Source: Gemmatimonadota bacterium (lineage in GTDB: Bacteria > Gemmatimonadota > Gemmatimonadetes > Gemmatimonadales > GWC2-71-9). From it: DNA of 64,000 bases. The notes under the pieces were generated by a model. That model was not told the origin of the DNA. It worked only from the letters and a program-made list of their open reading frames with translations, and did no database searches. The first letter of the stretch is position 1, and each line of letters opens with the position of its first letter. The position numbers and the translations under genes are program-made. Location of the stretch: positions 11,623 through 75,622 of the forward strand of contig JBDHKN010000017.1 of NCBI GenBank assembly GCA_039586365.1, given 5' to 3'. Positions 18,778 to 28,714 of this stretch are shown piece by piece.

Positions 18778-19527
18778 GTGAAGATAGCTGTCTGCGTGAA
18801 GCGGGTCCCGGACACGGAAACCCGCATCAAGGTTGGCGCCGATGGGAAATCTATCGACGAGAGCGGAGTGAAGTTCGTATTGAATCCGTTCGATGAGTAT
18901 GCCGTCGAAGAGGCACTCAAGCTCAAAGAGCAGTCGAGTGGCGAAGTCGTAGTCGTGAGTGTTGGCAGCGATGCGTCGCAGGAGACGATCCGAACGGCCC
19001 TCGCGATGGGGGCGGACCGCGGTGTGTTGCTCAAAGCAGAAACACGGCCGCTGGATCCGCTCGCCACGGCTCAGGTACTCGCTGCAGAGCTCCGACAGGG
19101 TGGCTACGACATCATCCTGTTCGGAAAGCAGGCAATAGACGACTACAGCCACGCGGTCGGCACGATGGTCGCGGAGCTAATGGGATTGCCTTCAGTCAGT
19201 GCTATCACGACCCTTGAAATTGGCGATCTGAAGGGGACCGCGGAGCGAGAGGTGGAAGGTGCAGTAGAAGTGGTCGAGTTCTCTCTCCCAGTTGTCCTGA
19301 CGGCGGAAAAGGGCTTGAACGAACCCCGATATCCTGCGTTGCGCGGAATCATGCTCGCCAAGAAGAAACCGTTGGAAGTCAAAGAAGTCGAGTTGGATCT
19401 TGGGGGGATCGAGGTGCTGGAGCTGGCGCTGCCGGCCTCACGCAAGGAGGGTCGGATAGTCGGCGAAGGTGCCGAAGCCGTACCGGCCCTGGTTGATGCA
19501 CTCAAGAACGAAGCGAAGGTGCTCTGA
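18778..19527 (+). CDS. etfB: electron transfer flavoprotein beta subunit
   Basis: MKIAVCVKRVPDTETRIKV... typical EtfB N-terminus, 249 aa. The stop overlaps the etfA ATG. Confidence 0.92.
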   Translation: MKIAVCVKRVPDTETRIKVGADGKSIDESGVKFVLNPFDEYAVEEALKLKEQSSGEVVVVSVGSDASQETIRTALAMGADRGVLLKAETRPLDPLATAQVLAAELRQGGYDIILFGKQAIDDYSHAVGTMVAELMGLPSVSAITTLEIGDLKGTAEREVEGAVEVVEFSLPVVLTAEKGLNEPRYPALRGIMLAKKKPLEVKEVELDLGGIEVLELALPASRKEGRIVGEGAEAVPALVDALKNEAKVL

Positions 19528-20495
19528 TGGGTGATGTCATAGCGATACTAGAGCAGCGCAACGGTACTCTCAAGCGGGTCTGCAATGAGACGCTCACCGC
19601 AGCGCGAGCGCTAGCTGACGAGTTGAGCGGTGAAGTATATGCGCTTGTCATCGGACCACCCGGGGTGAGTGTAGACGGCCTCGGTGAATACGGAGCTGAT
19701 AGAGTCCTGGTTTGCGCGGATAGCGCGCTTGAGCTCTACCAGGGCACGAGGTACGCTCAGATAGCAGCCGCGTTGGCTGGGAAGCACGAGTCTGAGGCGG
19801 TCGTGCTTGCCGCCACGGCTTTCGGCAAGGATCTGGGACCACGTATAGCTGCTAAGCTGGGTTGTCCGTTTGCTGGTGATGTCACGAGTATTTCGGCAGG
19901 CGACGGAATCGTCGTCACGCGTCCGGCCTTCTCCGGCAAGGCAACGTTCAGACTCAAGATCGTGGCCCAGCGATGTGTGATTTCGATCCGGCCCAACGCC
20001 GTAACGCCTGTTGCGGTCGCTAAGGGAGGTGTGGTCGAACAAGTGACCCCTGGTGAAGGCGATGTGGTAGGAGCAACCACCGTTGCGGTCAAGGAGCCGG
20101 AGAGAATGGCGCTGGACGTCGCGGAAGCCTCGGTTGTCGTTGCCGGGGGTCGTGGGCTCAAAGAGCCAGAGCACTTTCGTCTGATCGAAGAGCTAGCTGC
20201 GGTTCTTGACGGCGCTGTAGGAGCGTCTCGGGCGGTTGTCGATGCTGGGTGGCGGCCTCACTCGGAGCAGGTTGGTCAGACTGGAAAGACGGTGAGCCCG
20301 AACCTCTATATCGCTATCGGCCTCTCGGGAGCGATTCAGCACCTCGCCGGAATGCGGACCTCGAAGGTGATAGTAGCAATCAATCGTGACAAGGACGCCC
20401 CGATATTCAAAGTCGCTGACTACGGCTTAGTGGGTGATCTGTTCGAGATTGTGCCTCGACTCACTGAGGAAGTCAAGAAGGTTCGCGGGAGCTGA
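19527..20495 (+). CDS. etfA: electron transfer flavoprotein alpha subunit
   Basis: 322 aa. FAD-binding C-terminal half with VVAGGRG...PNLYIAIGLSGAIQHLAGM...VIVAINRDKDAPIF. Confidence 0.92.
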   Translation: MGDVIAILEQRNGTLKRVCNETLTAARALADELSGEVYALVIGPPGVSVDGLGEYGADRVLVCADSALELYQGTRYAQIAAALAGKHESEAVVLAATAFGKDLGPRIAAKLGCPFAGDVTSISAGDGIVVTRPAFSGKATFRLKIVAQRCVISIRPNAVTPVAVAKGGVVEQVTPGEGDVVGATTVAVKEPERMALDVAEASVVVAGGRGLKEPEHFRLIEELAAVLDGAVGASRAVVDAGWRPHSEQVGQTGKTVSPNLYIAIGLSGAIQHLAGMRTSKVIVAINRDKDAPIFKVADYGLVGDLFEIVPRLTEEVKKVRGS

Positions 20496-20499
20496 CGCC

Positions 20500-22161
20500 G
20501 TGAGCAAACAGGTTGTGGTCCCAGCGATATTCCAGGAGGCACTACCACGCGACCAGCTCATCTTGGACGGAGAACTCGATGAAGAGCGCATCGACGTGGA
20601 TGTGCTCTTCGTGGGCGGAGGCCCTGCCGGTCTGGCGGGAGCAGTCGCCCTCGCCCAGCTGGTCAGGCAAGGCAACGAAGCGGGTGAAGGACTGGGAGAT
20701 GTAACCATCGGGGTGTTGGAGAAGGCTGGGGCGCTGGGCGAACACTCTCTGTCTGGAGCCGTTCTAAACCCAGGCCCGTTTCGAGAGCTGTTCCCTGATC
20801 TGGCAGATTCTGATTTCCCGTTTCGCACCCCGGTTGCCAAGGAAACGATCCATCTCCTCTCGGCGAAGGGGTCCACCCGTCTACCAACGCCACCTACGAT
20901 GCGTAACCATGGGAACTTCGTGGTTTCGATATGCGAGGTGGTTAGGTGGTTGGGTGATAAGGCAGAAGAACTTGGTGTGGACATCTTCGCCGGGTTCCCA
21001 GCCGGTGCGCTGCGCGTCGCCGGAACGCGAGTCGTCGGAGTACGGACCGTTGCGTCCGGACTGGAGAGAGACGGGAACCCCGGGCCCAATTACATGCCCC
21101 CGACGGACATAGCGGCCAAGGTTACTGCCCTTGCAGAAGGATCTAGGGGACTTCTGTCGCAAGTCTACGCGGAGTGGCAGGGGATTGGATCGGCGAATCC
21201 CCAGGTCTTCGCGCTCGGCGTAAAGGAACTTTGGGAAACAAGGCAGCCGCTGGACAGGGTAATTCATACCATGGGATGGCCGCTGCAGAAGGACGCGTTC
21301 GGCGGAAGCTTCATGTATCCGCTGGAGCCGAATCTGATCGCCCTGGGGCTGGTGGTTGGACTCGACTACCGCAGTGCCGAGCTCGACGTGCACGAACTGC
21401 TCCAAATCATGAAACTGCATCCATCCTTCAGGCCATACCTGGAGGGGGGTGAGATGGTCGAGTGGGGCGCTAAGACCATCCCTGAAGGTGGCTACCACGC
21501 AATCCCGGCGCGAAGGTGTGGGGATGGAGTCGTGATTCTCGGTGACTCGGCGGGCTTCGTGGACGTACCGTCACTCAAAGGGATCCACTACGCCATGCAG
21601 TCAGGCATTCTGGCTGCACGTGCGATCTATAAGGCGCTCAAGAACGGCGATGTGTCGCAGGGTGCGCTGGCGGAGTACGATCGGTTGGTGGACGAGTCAT
21701 ATATCCTGCGCGACCTATACCGAACCCGCAACATGCGGCCTGCATTCAAGCACGGTTTCTACTCGGGGGCTGTTCGAGCGGGCCTTATGGCGCTAACGAA
21801 GGGTCGGTTTCCAGGCCGCAGAATCGAGATGGAGGCAGATGCACGGGTGCCGCGGCGGGTTGAGACTCCCAAGGGCTTCACCCCCGACGGAGAACTGACT
21901 TTCAGCAAGGTTGATGCGGTGTTCAAATCGGGCAACGTGACTCGCGACACGATACCCTCCCATCTTGTCGTGGGCGGCGACGTGAGCGCGGATGTGGCCG
22001 AGTTCTACGCTCGCATGTGCCCGGCCGGCGTTTACGAGCGGCTGGCCGATGAGTTGCAGGTCAACGCACCGAACTGCGTCGATTGCAAGGCTACAGACGT
22101 GCTGGGCCCTCGCTGGCAGCCAAGGGAGGGTGGATCCGGACCGGTTTACAGGAGGATGTGA
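20500..22161 (+). CDS. electron-transfer flavoprotein:ubiquinone oxidoreductase (ETF-QO)
   Basis: VLFVGGGPAGLAGA FAD fold, and C-terminal MCPAGVYE ... NCVDCKATD ... PREGGSGPVYRRM. GTG 20500, just after the etfA stop, is preferred over ORF-track 20434. Confidence 0.88.
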   Translation: MSKQVVVPAIFQEALPRDQLILDGELDEERIDVDVLFVGGGPAGLAGAVALAQLVRQGNEAGEGLGDVTIGVLEKAGALGEHSLSGAVLNPGPFRELFPDLADSDFPFRTPVAKETIHLLSAKGSTRLPTPPTMRNHGNFVVSICEVVRWLGDKAEELGVDIFAGFPAGALRVAGTRVVGVRTVASGLERDGNPGPNYMPPTDIAAKVTALAEGSRGLLSQVYAEWQGIGSANPQVFALGVKELWETRQPLDRVIHTMGWPLQKDAFGGSFMYPLEPNLIALGLVVGLDYRSAELDVHELLQIMKLHPSFRPYLEGGEMVEWGAKTIPEGGYHAIPARRCGDGVVILGDSAGFVDVPSLKGIHYAMQSGILAARAIYKALKNGDVSQGALAEYDRLVDESYILRDLYRTRNMRPAFKHGFYSGAVRAGLMALTKGRFPGRRIEMEADARVPRRVETPKGFTPDGELTFSKVDAVFKSGNVTRDTIPSHLVVGGDVSADVAEFYARMCPAGVYERLADELQVNAPNCVDCKATDVLGPRWQPREGGSGPVYRRM

Positions 22162-22211
22162 GAGGACCCTCGGTTCGCTTCAGTGCGAGGTCTGCAGGGT
22201 AGAGGGAAGTG

Positions 22212-23882
22212 CTACCTCCTCCGCTCGTCCATCAGAATCTGGTCGAATGGGTCGATGGTTGGCTCCAGGTGCGCAGGGACACTCAGAGTGCCGCGCGCAC
22301 CGGGCATCGGCACGCGGTGGATTTGCCGGCCAACCAGCACGTCCACCGGCAGGGGAAACTCAAGCCCACCCGGGATTTGCCAAGCTAGTTCCAGAGTATT
22401 CCCACGTCTGCTGCTCCTCAGGCGAGGCAATTGTGGCTGACGGACATAGACCTCGAAGAACCAGTCTAGCTCCAGGCCAGATATCTTCTCGGCCATAGCC
22501 AGGAAATCATCAGTCGTTGCGAACCGCGTTTGCCCACCGTCCGTCACGCTCTCCATCGCAGGATCTGGATAGGCCATCCGTCGCAGTATGTACCGGAAGT
22601 CCTCGTCGCCAACGAGATAGCGCAGGGTATGGAGTACCCAGGCACCTTTGAAGTAGATGTCGCCGCCGTAGATTTGCTTGGCTGACCTGGATTGGCGCGG
22701 CGCTAGTGCAGAGCGGTTCGAGATATTGTGCCGCAAGTTTGCGAGGTACTCTCGAGCAGCATCCACTCCTTGCGATTGCTCCAGGTACAGTGGCTGCATG
22801 TAGGACCCAAAACCCTCGTGGAGCCACATGTCGCTCCAATCTGAGTTGGTCACTAGGTTTCCCCACCACTCGTGCGACAGTTCGTGGTGGTGCAGAGCAT
22901 CAAACCCCCAGTCGACTCCATCAGTCATAGCCCCATTCATGAACTTGCCACCGTAGGCTATGATAGTCTGGTGCTCCATCCCGAGATGCGGAGTCTCGAC
23001 AACGCCGTACTTGTCAGCCCGAAACGGATATGGACCTGCCACGTCCTCGAAAAACCGTAAGTGGTCGAGAATCTCGGGGAGAAGGCGTGCTGCCTTCTCA
23101 TAGCTCTGCGGCAGGGTCCAGAATACAACCGGGAACACTTCGCCGGTGATGCTTGTGAAGCTGTCCTCGACCGCGCGGTAAGGTGCGATATTCAGAGCGA
23201 CGTTGTAGCTGTTGATCGGAGTTGAGACAAACCAGTGGTAGGTACTGGTGTGGTCCGGGTGATGGTCCACCCCCGTCAACCTCCCGTTGCTCGCGACCAC
23301 CAACGGGTCAGGGACAGTGACGTGAAGCGCCATCGAGTCGGGCTCATCTGAGGGATGATCCTTGCTGGGCCACCAGATGTCCGGCCCCTCCTGTTGGCAG
23401 GTTGTTGCGATCCAAGGTTCTCCGCTGGGGGTCCTCGACCAAGTGAATCCCCCGCTCCATGGCGGATTCGGCGCAATGCGCGGCTTGCCACCGTAGGTCA
23501 CTTGAACGGTGATCCGGTCACCGATGGTCCTGGTCCCAGGCAGTTCGATCCAGGTCTTCCCGCGACGCCGCTCGAAAGTCAGAGAGGTTCCCGATGCGGT
23601 GGGGGCCTGCAAAACGACCTCCCCGATGCCGAGCCGCTCATCGAGATCGAGTACCAGCTGATCCAACCGGGCGATTACGTCGGCCACGACTGTGAGGGTC
23701 CCGGCAATGGTGCTGTCCGAGGGTGTCACTCGCAGCCTGAGGTCGTAGAACGTGACGTCATAAGCAGCCTGTTCCGGTATTAGGGGCCCACCCGAATCGT
23801 AGGTGCCAACCTGAGAAACCGGGCTACGAGGCGCTATGGCCGCGACTAGTATCGACAGAAGAACGACTGACATTGATCTCAT
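22212..23882 (-). CDS. M1-family zinc metallopeptidase (aminopeptidase N-like), secreted
   Basis: HELSHEWWGNLVT (HExxH) followed by WLHEGFGSY. N-terminal signal peptide. Confidence 0.88.
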   Translation of the reverse strand: MRSMSVVLLSILVAAIAPRSPVSQVGTYDSGGPLIPEQAAYDVTFYDLRLRVTPSDSTIAGTLTVVADVIARLDQLVLDLDERLGIGEVVLQAPTASGTSLTFERRRGKTWIELPGTRTIGDRITVQVTYGGKPRIAPNPPWSGGFTWSRTPSGEPWIATTCQQEGPDIWWPSKDHPSDEPDSMALHVTVPDPLVVASNGRLTGVDHHPDHTSTYHWFVSTPINSYNVALNIAPYRAVEDSFTSITGEVFPVVFWTLPQSYEKAARLLPEILDHLRFFEDVAGPYPFRADKYGVVETPHLGMEHQTIIAYGGKFMNGAMTDGVDWGFDALHHHELSHEWWGNLVTNSDWSDMWLHEGFGSYMQPLYLEQSQGVDAAREYLANLRHNISNRSALAPRQSRSAKQIYGGDIYFKGAWVLHTLRYLVGDEDFRYILRRMAYPDPAMESVTDGGQTRFATTDDFLAMAEKISGLELDWFFEVYVRQPQLPRLRSSRRGNTLELAWQIPGGLEFPLPVDVLVGRQIHRVPMPGARGTLSVPAHLEPTIDPFDQILMDERRR

Positions 23883-23904
23883 CGTGCTCGCCCGCCGTGT
23901 TCAA

Positions 23905-25389
23905 TCACTCAGACTTGCAGGTGCGCGTGATCCTACTGACCGCAAGCATCACAATCAGACATAGAAAGATGGGCAATATGCTCGGGTAGCGTGGCCCGAG
24001 CACCTGACCCAGAAGAGCGTTTCCACTACTGCCTAACAGGGTTCTGAGCAGACTGCCACCGTGCATCTCACCGAGTATGGCGGTAGTACCACCCACCACG
24101 ACGGCCCACATTGCACCAGTAGACGTGATACCGAGCCGGCCTCGGTAGAGGCTTGCCAGGGTTGGGAACACTACTCCTCCCACAAATACGGTGTAACCCA
24201 GTAGTAGGGACGCAATGATCTCTTGTTGGAAGCCAGCAATCAACCACGCAACCAATCCAACTCCGATCAGTGCAACCTTGGTGAGCATCAGTTGCCGTGG
24301 TCGTGACATGGGCTTGCACGCACCAGCAACGTTGAGAGACAGGATGGTTGACGCAGAAATAAGCGTCGTGTCTGCCGAGGACATGATGGCGGCCAGGAAT
24401 CCGGCTGTGATCAGACCGGTGAGTCCCACTGGTACTAGTTCCCGCAGAGCTGTGGGCAAGGCAGCCTCCGGGGCTAGGCTTGGGTACTGTGCGCGAATCA
24501 AGACCCCGAGTAGCGCTAAGAAGAAGGAAATGGGAATGACAACGGCGGCGGCAAGTAGCGCGGACCGTTTGGCAGCGGCATCATCCCGAGCGCAGAATAT
24601 TCGGGAGTAGATGTCGGGTCCCACTAGGTAAGGCAACCCCACAACGAGCGGATAGAAGACCACCAGATCGTACCACCCAAATTGCTCCGAAATCGGAAAT
24701 CGTAGGTGCTCGCTCGGCGCAGATGCGAAGCTGGACAGAAGTCCGTCCTGGGCCGCGAGGGCGACAACAGCAAAACAGGTCAGCAGTCCACCCAAGAACA
24801 ACGCAAGCTGCCAAGAATCGGTTCTGATGACCGATAGCTGTCCCCCCCAGAACGTGTACAGGACAAACACTGCAGCTACCACAGTGAGTACCGAACTGAA
24901 ATCAAGCGGGGAAATACTGCTCAGGAGTCGAGCCGCCGCAATCATTTGGGCAGACACTATGCCGCACCAGGCTATCACGATCATGATTGCAGCCGGGACC
25001 GCCACTTGGTTGCCGAACGCCCTCTTCAGGATGTCTGGTAGCGTGTAGACATTGAGCGATCTTACACGAGCCGCGAGGACTAGCCCAAATGGAAGGAGTG
25101 CTGCCGCTCCTATCAGCGACCACCACGCTGCAGTGAGGCCGCGCGAGTAGCCCATGCCAATGATACCGATGGTCGAAGATGCTCCGAAGATGGTGGCAAC
25201 AAGGGAGATCGTGATTCGTCGGGTTCCGTATTGACGCCGTGCCACCCAATACGACTCCGCGGACTGGCCACGAGAGAGCCAGCCCACTAGAAGCATGACA
25301 AACAGGTATCCACCTACGATGATTGCATCGACCACGGTCGGAACGCCGGCTTCTCCTAGCTGAATTCGCGCACGGAGATCATTTGACAA
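23905..25389 (-). CDS. sodium:solute symporter (SSS) family transporter
   Basis: 494 aa, about 13 helices, SSS-like N-terminal third (YWVARRQYGTRRITISLVATIFGASSTIG). Substrate unknown. Confidence 0.75.
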   Translation of the reverse strand: MSNDLRARIQLGEAGVPTVVDAIIVGGYLFVMLLVGWLSRGQSAESYWVARRQYGTRRITISLVATIFGASSTIGIIGMGYSRGLTAAWWSLIGAAALLPFGLVLAARVRSLNVYTLPDILKRAFGNQVAVPAAIMIVIAWCGIVSAQMIAAARLLSSISPLDFSSVLTVVAAVFVLYTFWGGQLSVIRTDSWQLALFLGGLLTCFAVVALAAQDGLLSSFASAPSEHLRFPISEQFGWYDLVVFYPLVVGLPYLVGPDIYSRIFCARDDAAAKRSALLAAAVVIPISFFLALLGVLIRAQYPSLAPEAALPTALRELVPVGLTGLITAGFLAAIMSSADTTLISASTILSLNVAGACKPMSRPRQLMLTKVALIGVGLVAWLIAGFQQEIIASLLLGYTVFVGGVVFPTLASLYRGRLGITSTGAMWAVVVGGTTAILGEMHGGSLLRTLLGSSGNALLGQVLGPRYPSILPIFLCLIVMLAVSRITRTCKSE

Positions 25390-25459
25390 ACGCCCTTTGT
25401 GTCTCCACCCTCATGGGGACCATCACGATTCTCATGGAACACAACCTGCTATAAAGGCA

Positions 25460-26428
25460 ATGGTAAGCTTCACCGACAGCATCGGCTTTGCTGAGCGTGT
25501 CACCGGAGTGGCAGCTAGTCGTTGGTCGGCGCCCAGTCCAACGCTGGTCTCGGAAGTCCTGCGGCTCAGTGAGAGCATCTATGGCGGCGCCGCGTTCCAT
25601 GAATCTACATTCGAAATCGGACCGTTGTGGAACTACCTGTTCCTCGTCGAGGCGGCGTCCCATTCACATTTCGACCGCCTCGTGGAGCTCGGTCGCCGAG
25701 GGTCAGTCCTTCCTTCAGGGATCCTGTGCTTGGCTGGCTCGGGGAAACAATTCCACGGCTTCAATGGTCGGCCCTGGTCCGCTCCGCCAGGCAACATCTA
25801 TTTGGCAGTATATCTAGCTCCGCACCAGCCGATCGACCACGCAGGTACAGCCTTCACAGTTCTGGCCGCAGTCTCGGTATTGGACGCGATAGACGATGTG
25901 CCCGCACTGCATGGCCGAGCAGGAATCAAGTGGGTTAATGACGTCTTGATAGACAACGCCAAGGTGGCGGGTGTGCTCGCTTACACGCAAAGTGAAGGAG
26001 ATGCCATTACGGGAGTGGTGTTGGGTATTGGATTGAACGTGGAGACGACGCCACTTGTCGAATCCACACCTTTCGTGCCACGAGTTGGTTCTCTCCGTGA
26101 GTTTGTCCCCGAGGCCGAGCGCTGCGACCAACACATGGTATTCCAGCGACTCATTATCGCCCTGGAGTCGAACTACAGCACTCTGGTGGGTGGCGACTAC
26201 GCGGTTCTCTTGGATCGATATCGGCAACGTTCCGTGGCAGTAGATCGCCATGTGACGCTCTGTTCTGAAGCGTCTGCTGGTGATGAAGGAGTGGTTGCAA
26301 GGGGTCGAGTCATAGGCTTGAGCGATGATTTGGCGCTGGAAATCGAGGGCCATGACAAACCGTTTTCGAAAGGTAGGTTGATACTAGATCCGGGCCTGCG
26401 AAGCCAATCCGAACTGGGGCGGCAGTGA
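25460..26428 (+). CDS. birA: biotin--protein ligase (BirA-like, divergent, no obvious HTH)
   Basis: KWVNDVLIDNAKVAGVL (KWPND-type motif). Degenerate glycine-rich loop GSGKQFHGFNGRPWSAPPGNIYLAV in place of GRGRxGRxW. Lies next to a biotin-dependent decarboxylase operon. Confidence 0.7.
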   Translation: MVSFTDSIGFAERVTGVAASRWSAPSPTLVSEVLRLSESIYGGAAFHESTFEIGPLWNYLFLVEAASHSHFDRLVELGRRGSVLPSGILCLAGSGKQFHGFNGRPWSAPPGNIYLAVYLAPHQPIDHAGTAFTVLAAVSVLDAIDDVPALHGRAGIKWVNDVLIDNAKVAGVLAYTQSEGDAITGVVLGIGLNVETTPLVESTPFVPRVGSLREFVPEAERCDQHMVFQRLIIALESNYSTLVGGDYAVLLDRYRQRSVAVDRHVTLCSEASAGDEGVVARGRVIGLSDDLALEIEGHDKPFSKGRLILDPGLRSQSELGRQ

Positions 26429-26639
26429 CCTCTTGGCAGGACCCCAACCGGAGATTAGATAACGTGGGGAACAGCGGCATCTCATAGTGCCTACCGAGCG
26501 TTTCGGTCGGTCGGGCAGCGAATCTAGTGTTGAAGGCCTGTCGGAGCTTCCGACCGAATGCTCCCTTTAGAGGATTCGACGGCTCCGCGTGACTCGTTAT
26601 GAGACGCTGTGGAGTTCCACAGACAAGGGAGAGACGATA

Positions 26640-26852
26640 ATGGGGCCCCCTAATATGCTGTTGATTTGTGTCTCGGCATTCACTGCCGTATTTGTGCTGC
26701 TAACATTGCTGGCCCTGGCAATGCGCAGTCTCATCGCTGTCTTCCCGGAGAGATTGGCAAAGGTCGATCCGGCCCTGCTAGCCGCCGTGAGCGCTACTGT
26801 CTCGGCCGTATTCCCGGGAACCAAGATCACGAGAGTCGAGGAGGAAAAATGA
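26640..26852 (+). CDS. oadG: oxaloacetate decarboxylase gamma subunit
   Basis: 70-aa single-TM protein (LLICVSAFTAVFVLLTLLALAM). Its stop overlaps the oadA ATG (ATGA). Confidence 0.7.
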   Translation: MGPPNMLLICVSAFTAVFVLLTLLALAMRSLIAVFPERLAKVDPALLAAVSATVSAVFPGTKITRVEEEK

Positions 26853-28702
26853 TATTCACCGCATCCGGCAAGAAGATCCGGGTGATGTTCACCCCGTTTC
26901 GGGACGGCTTGCAGAGTTCGTTTGGTGGTAAAGTCCGGATACAGGACATCCTTCCTGCGATGGAGGCATCCGCGGCGGCAGGCATACGGCACTTCGAGTT
27001 CGGTGGTGGCGCTCGCTACCAAGCACCCTATTTCTACCTCGGTGAGAACCCGTTCGACGACATGCGCAAGATGCGGCAGGCGGTCGGACCGGACGTCGAC
27101 TTGCAGATTCTCACCCGCTCGGTTTCTGGAGTAACTCTCACTACTCAGAGTATTGATGGCCTGCAGCTACAGGCTAGGCTGATGAAGGCGGCGGGCACGA
27201 CGTGGGATCGCAACTTCGATTACATGAACGACGTAGAGAATCTGGTAAAAACCGGTAAGCCCATTATTGACGTGGGCATGCACCACCAGGTCTGCATTGC
27301 TCTCATGGGGTTGCCATTTCACTCGGACCGGGTACACACGCCGGAGTTCTACATCAACATCGGACGGCGGTTGCTCGAGAGTGGAATGCACATCGGCAGT
27401 ATCTGCATGAAGGATGCTAGTGGCACTACTGATCCCAAGACGATCTACGATACTGCGGTCGGTCTGAAGAAGATCATGCCGCCCGAAATGCCGCTCTGGA
27501 TGCACACGCACGACACGGCGAGCACAGCGGTTGCCTGCTACATGGCCGCTATCGCAGGTGGGGCTGATGGTGTGGACTTGTCGGTGCGACCGTTTGCCAG
27601 CGGTACCGTGCAACCAGACGCTCGGTCGCTGGCACATGGACTGAAAGGTACCGGATACCAACTCGAGATCGACGTATCGAAACTGTCGGACATCGAGGGC
27701 ATGCTGAACGACCTATTGAAGGACTATGACTTCAACCCTACTACCACCACTCCGGACGCCCGGGTACTGGGTTTCCCGATGCCTGGTGGAGCCATCGGGC
27801 CGAACGTGCACATGATGGCCAAGGCTGGGATCCTTGAGAAGTACGGCGACGTGTTGGCCGAGTTTCCCGTTGTGGTGGAGGCTGGCGGGGCTTGGACGAG
27901 TGTTACGCCCGGCAGTCAACAGTACTGGCTGCAGGCATTCAACAACGTCCTCTACGGGCGCTGGAAGAAGATCGATCCTGGTTATGGCAAGGCGGTTTTG
28001 GGCTACTTCGGTAAGACGCCACTGCCTCCGGATGCAGAAGTAGTCAAGTATGCCTCACAGCAGCTCAACATGCCGGTGTTCGATGGGGATCCGTTGGAGG
28101 CCGCTCCGAAGAACATCGACCCTGCGAAGCAGGCGCTCGAGGAACGTAACCTCCCCGTAACGGATGAGAACATCTTTTTGGTGATGGCAGCGATGGTTCC
28201 GGGCAAGAAGTTGGAAACCAACGAGGGCATCCGCCTGCTGGCCGGAAACCCGAAGATCGATGTACCACTGAAGAAGAAGCAAGAGGTCGCGGCTCCCGCA
28301 GCCGTGACAGCAGCGCCGGTAGTGGCTGCGCCAAGCCTCACGGGGCCTATTACCACGACGTGCACGGTAGAGGAAAACGGTGCCAAACGGAGATTCGTGG
28401 TTACGCTTGAACCGACCGGAGTCGGGGGCGTGAGTCCGGCGGCTGGTGCCCCAGAGCCTATCGCTGCGGCGGCCGCGACAGACGGAACACCGGTGTTCTC
28501 GACGTTCGCCGGTTTCGTGGAGGTCGTCGACATCCTGGTGCAAGTCGGAGACAGTGTCAGCAAGGGGACTGCGGTTGCCGCCGTGGAAGCCATGAAGGCG
28601 AAGCACGATATCAAAGCCCCGCGAGATGGCAGGGTCAGCGCCATACACGCGAAGATCGGCGATGAGATCGATTCTTCCAAGCCGATCCTGACGATCGCCT
28701 GA
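26849..28702 (+). CDS. oadA: oxaloacetate decarboxylase alpha subunit (carboxyltransferase + biotinyl carrier domain)
   Basis: FTPFRDGLQS carboxyltransferase motif, Ala/Pro linker, and C-terminal biotinyl domain VEAMKAKHDI. ATG 26849 preferred over ORF-track 26666. Confidence 0.9.
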   Translation: MIFTASGKKIRVMFTPFRDGLQSSFGGKVRIQDILPAMEASAAAGIRHFEFGGGARYQAPYFYLGENPFDDMRKMRQAVGPDVDLQILTRSVSGVTLTTQSIDGLQLQARLMKAAGTTWDRNFDYMNDVENLVKTGKPIIDVGMHHQVCIALMGLPFHSDRVHTPEFYINIGRRLLESGMHIGSICMKDASGTTDPKTIYDTAVGLKKIMPPEMPLWMHTHDTASTAVACYMAAIAGGADGVDLSVRPFASGTVQPDARSLAHGLKGTGYQLEIDVSKLSDIEGMLNDLLKDYDFNPTTTTPDARVLGFPMPGGAIGPNVHMMAKAGILEKYGDVLAEFPVVVEAGGAWTSVTPGSQQYWLQAFNNVLYGRWKKIDPGYGKAVLGYFGKTPLPPDAEVVKYASQQLNMPVFDGDPLEAAPKNIDPAKQALEERNLPVTDENIFLVMAAMVPGKKLETNEGIRLLAGNPKIDVPLKKKQEVAAPAAVTAAPVVAAPSLTGPITTTCTVEENGAKRRFVVTLEPTGVGGVSPAAGAPEPIAAAAATDGTPVFSTFAGFVEVVDILVQVGDSVSKGTAVAAVEAMKAKHDIKAPRDGRVSAIHAKIGDEIDSSKPILTIA

Positions 28703-28714
28703 AGAGGCTAGTCA

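Noticed and set aside
28003-28680. Long antisense ORFs of 197-225 aa opposite oadA. Similar cases are 36164-36868 opposite the SH3 gene, 16165-16671 opposite ligA, 8896-9540 opposite the sugar dehydrogenase and 20427-21089 opposite ETF-QO.
   Set aside because: These are typical GC-rich shadow ORFs. They have Ala/Ser/Arg/Pro/Thr-rich low-complexity translations and no motifs, and each is fully covered by a motif-supported gene on the other strand.
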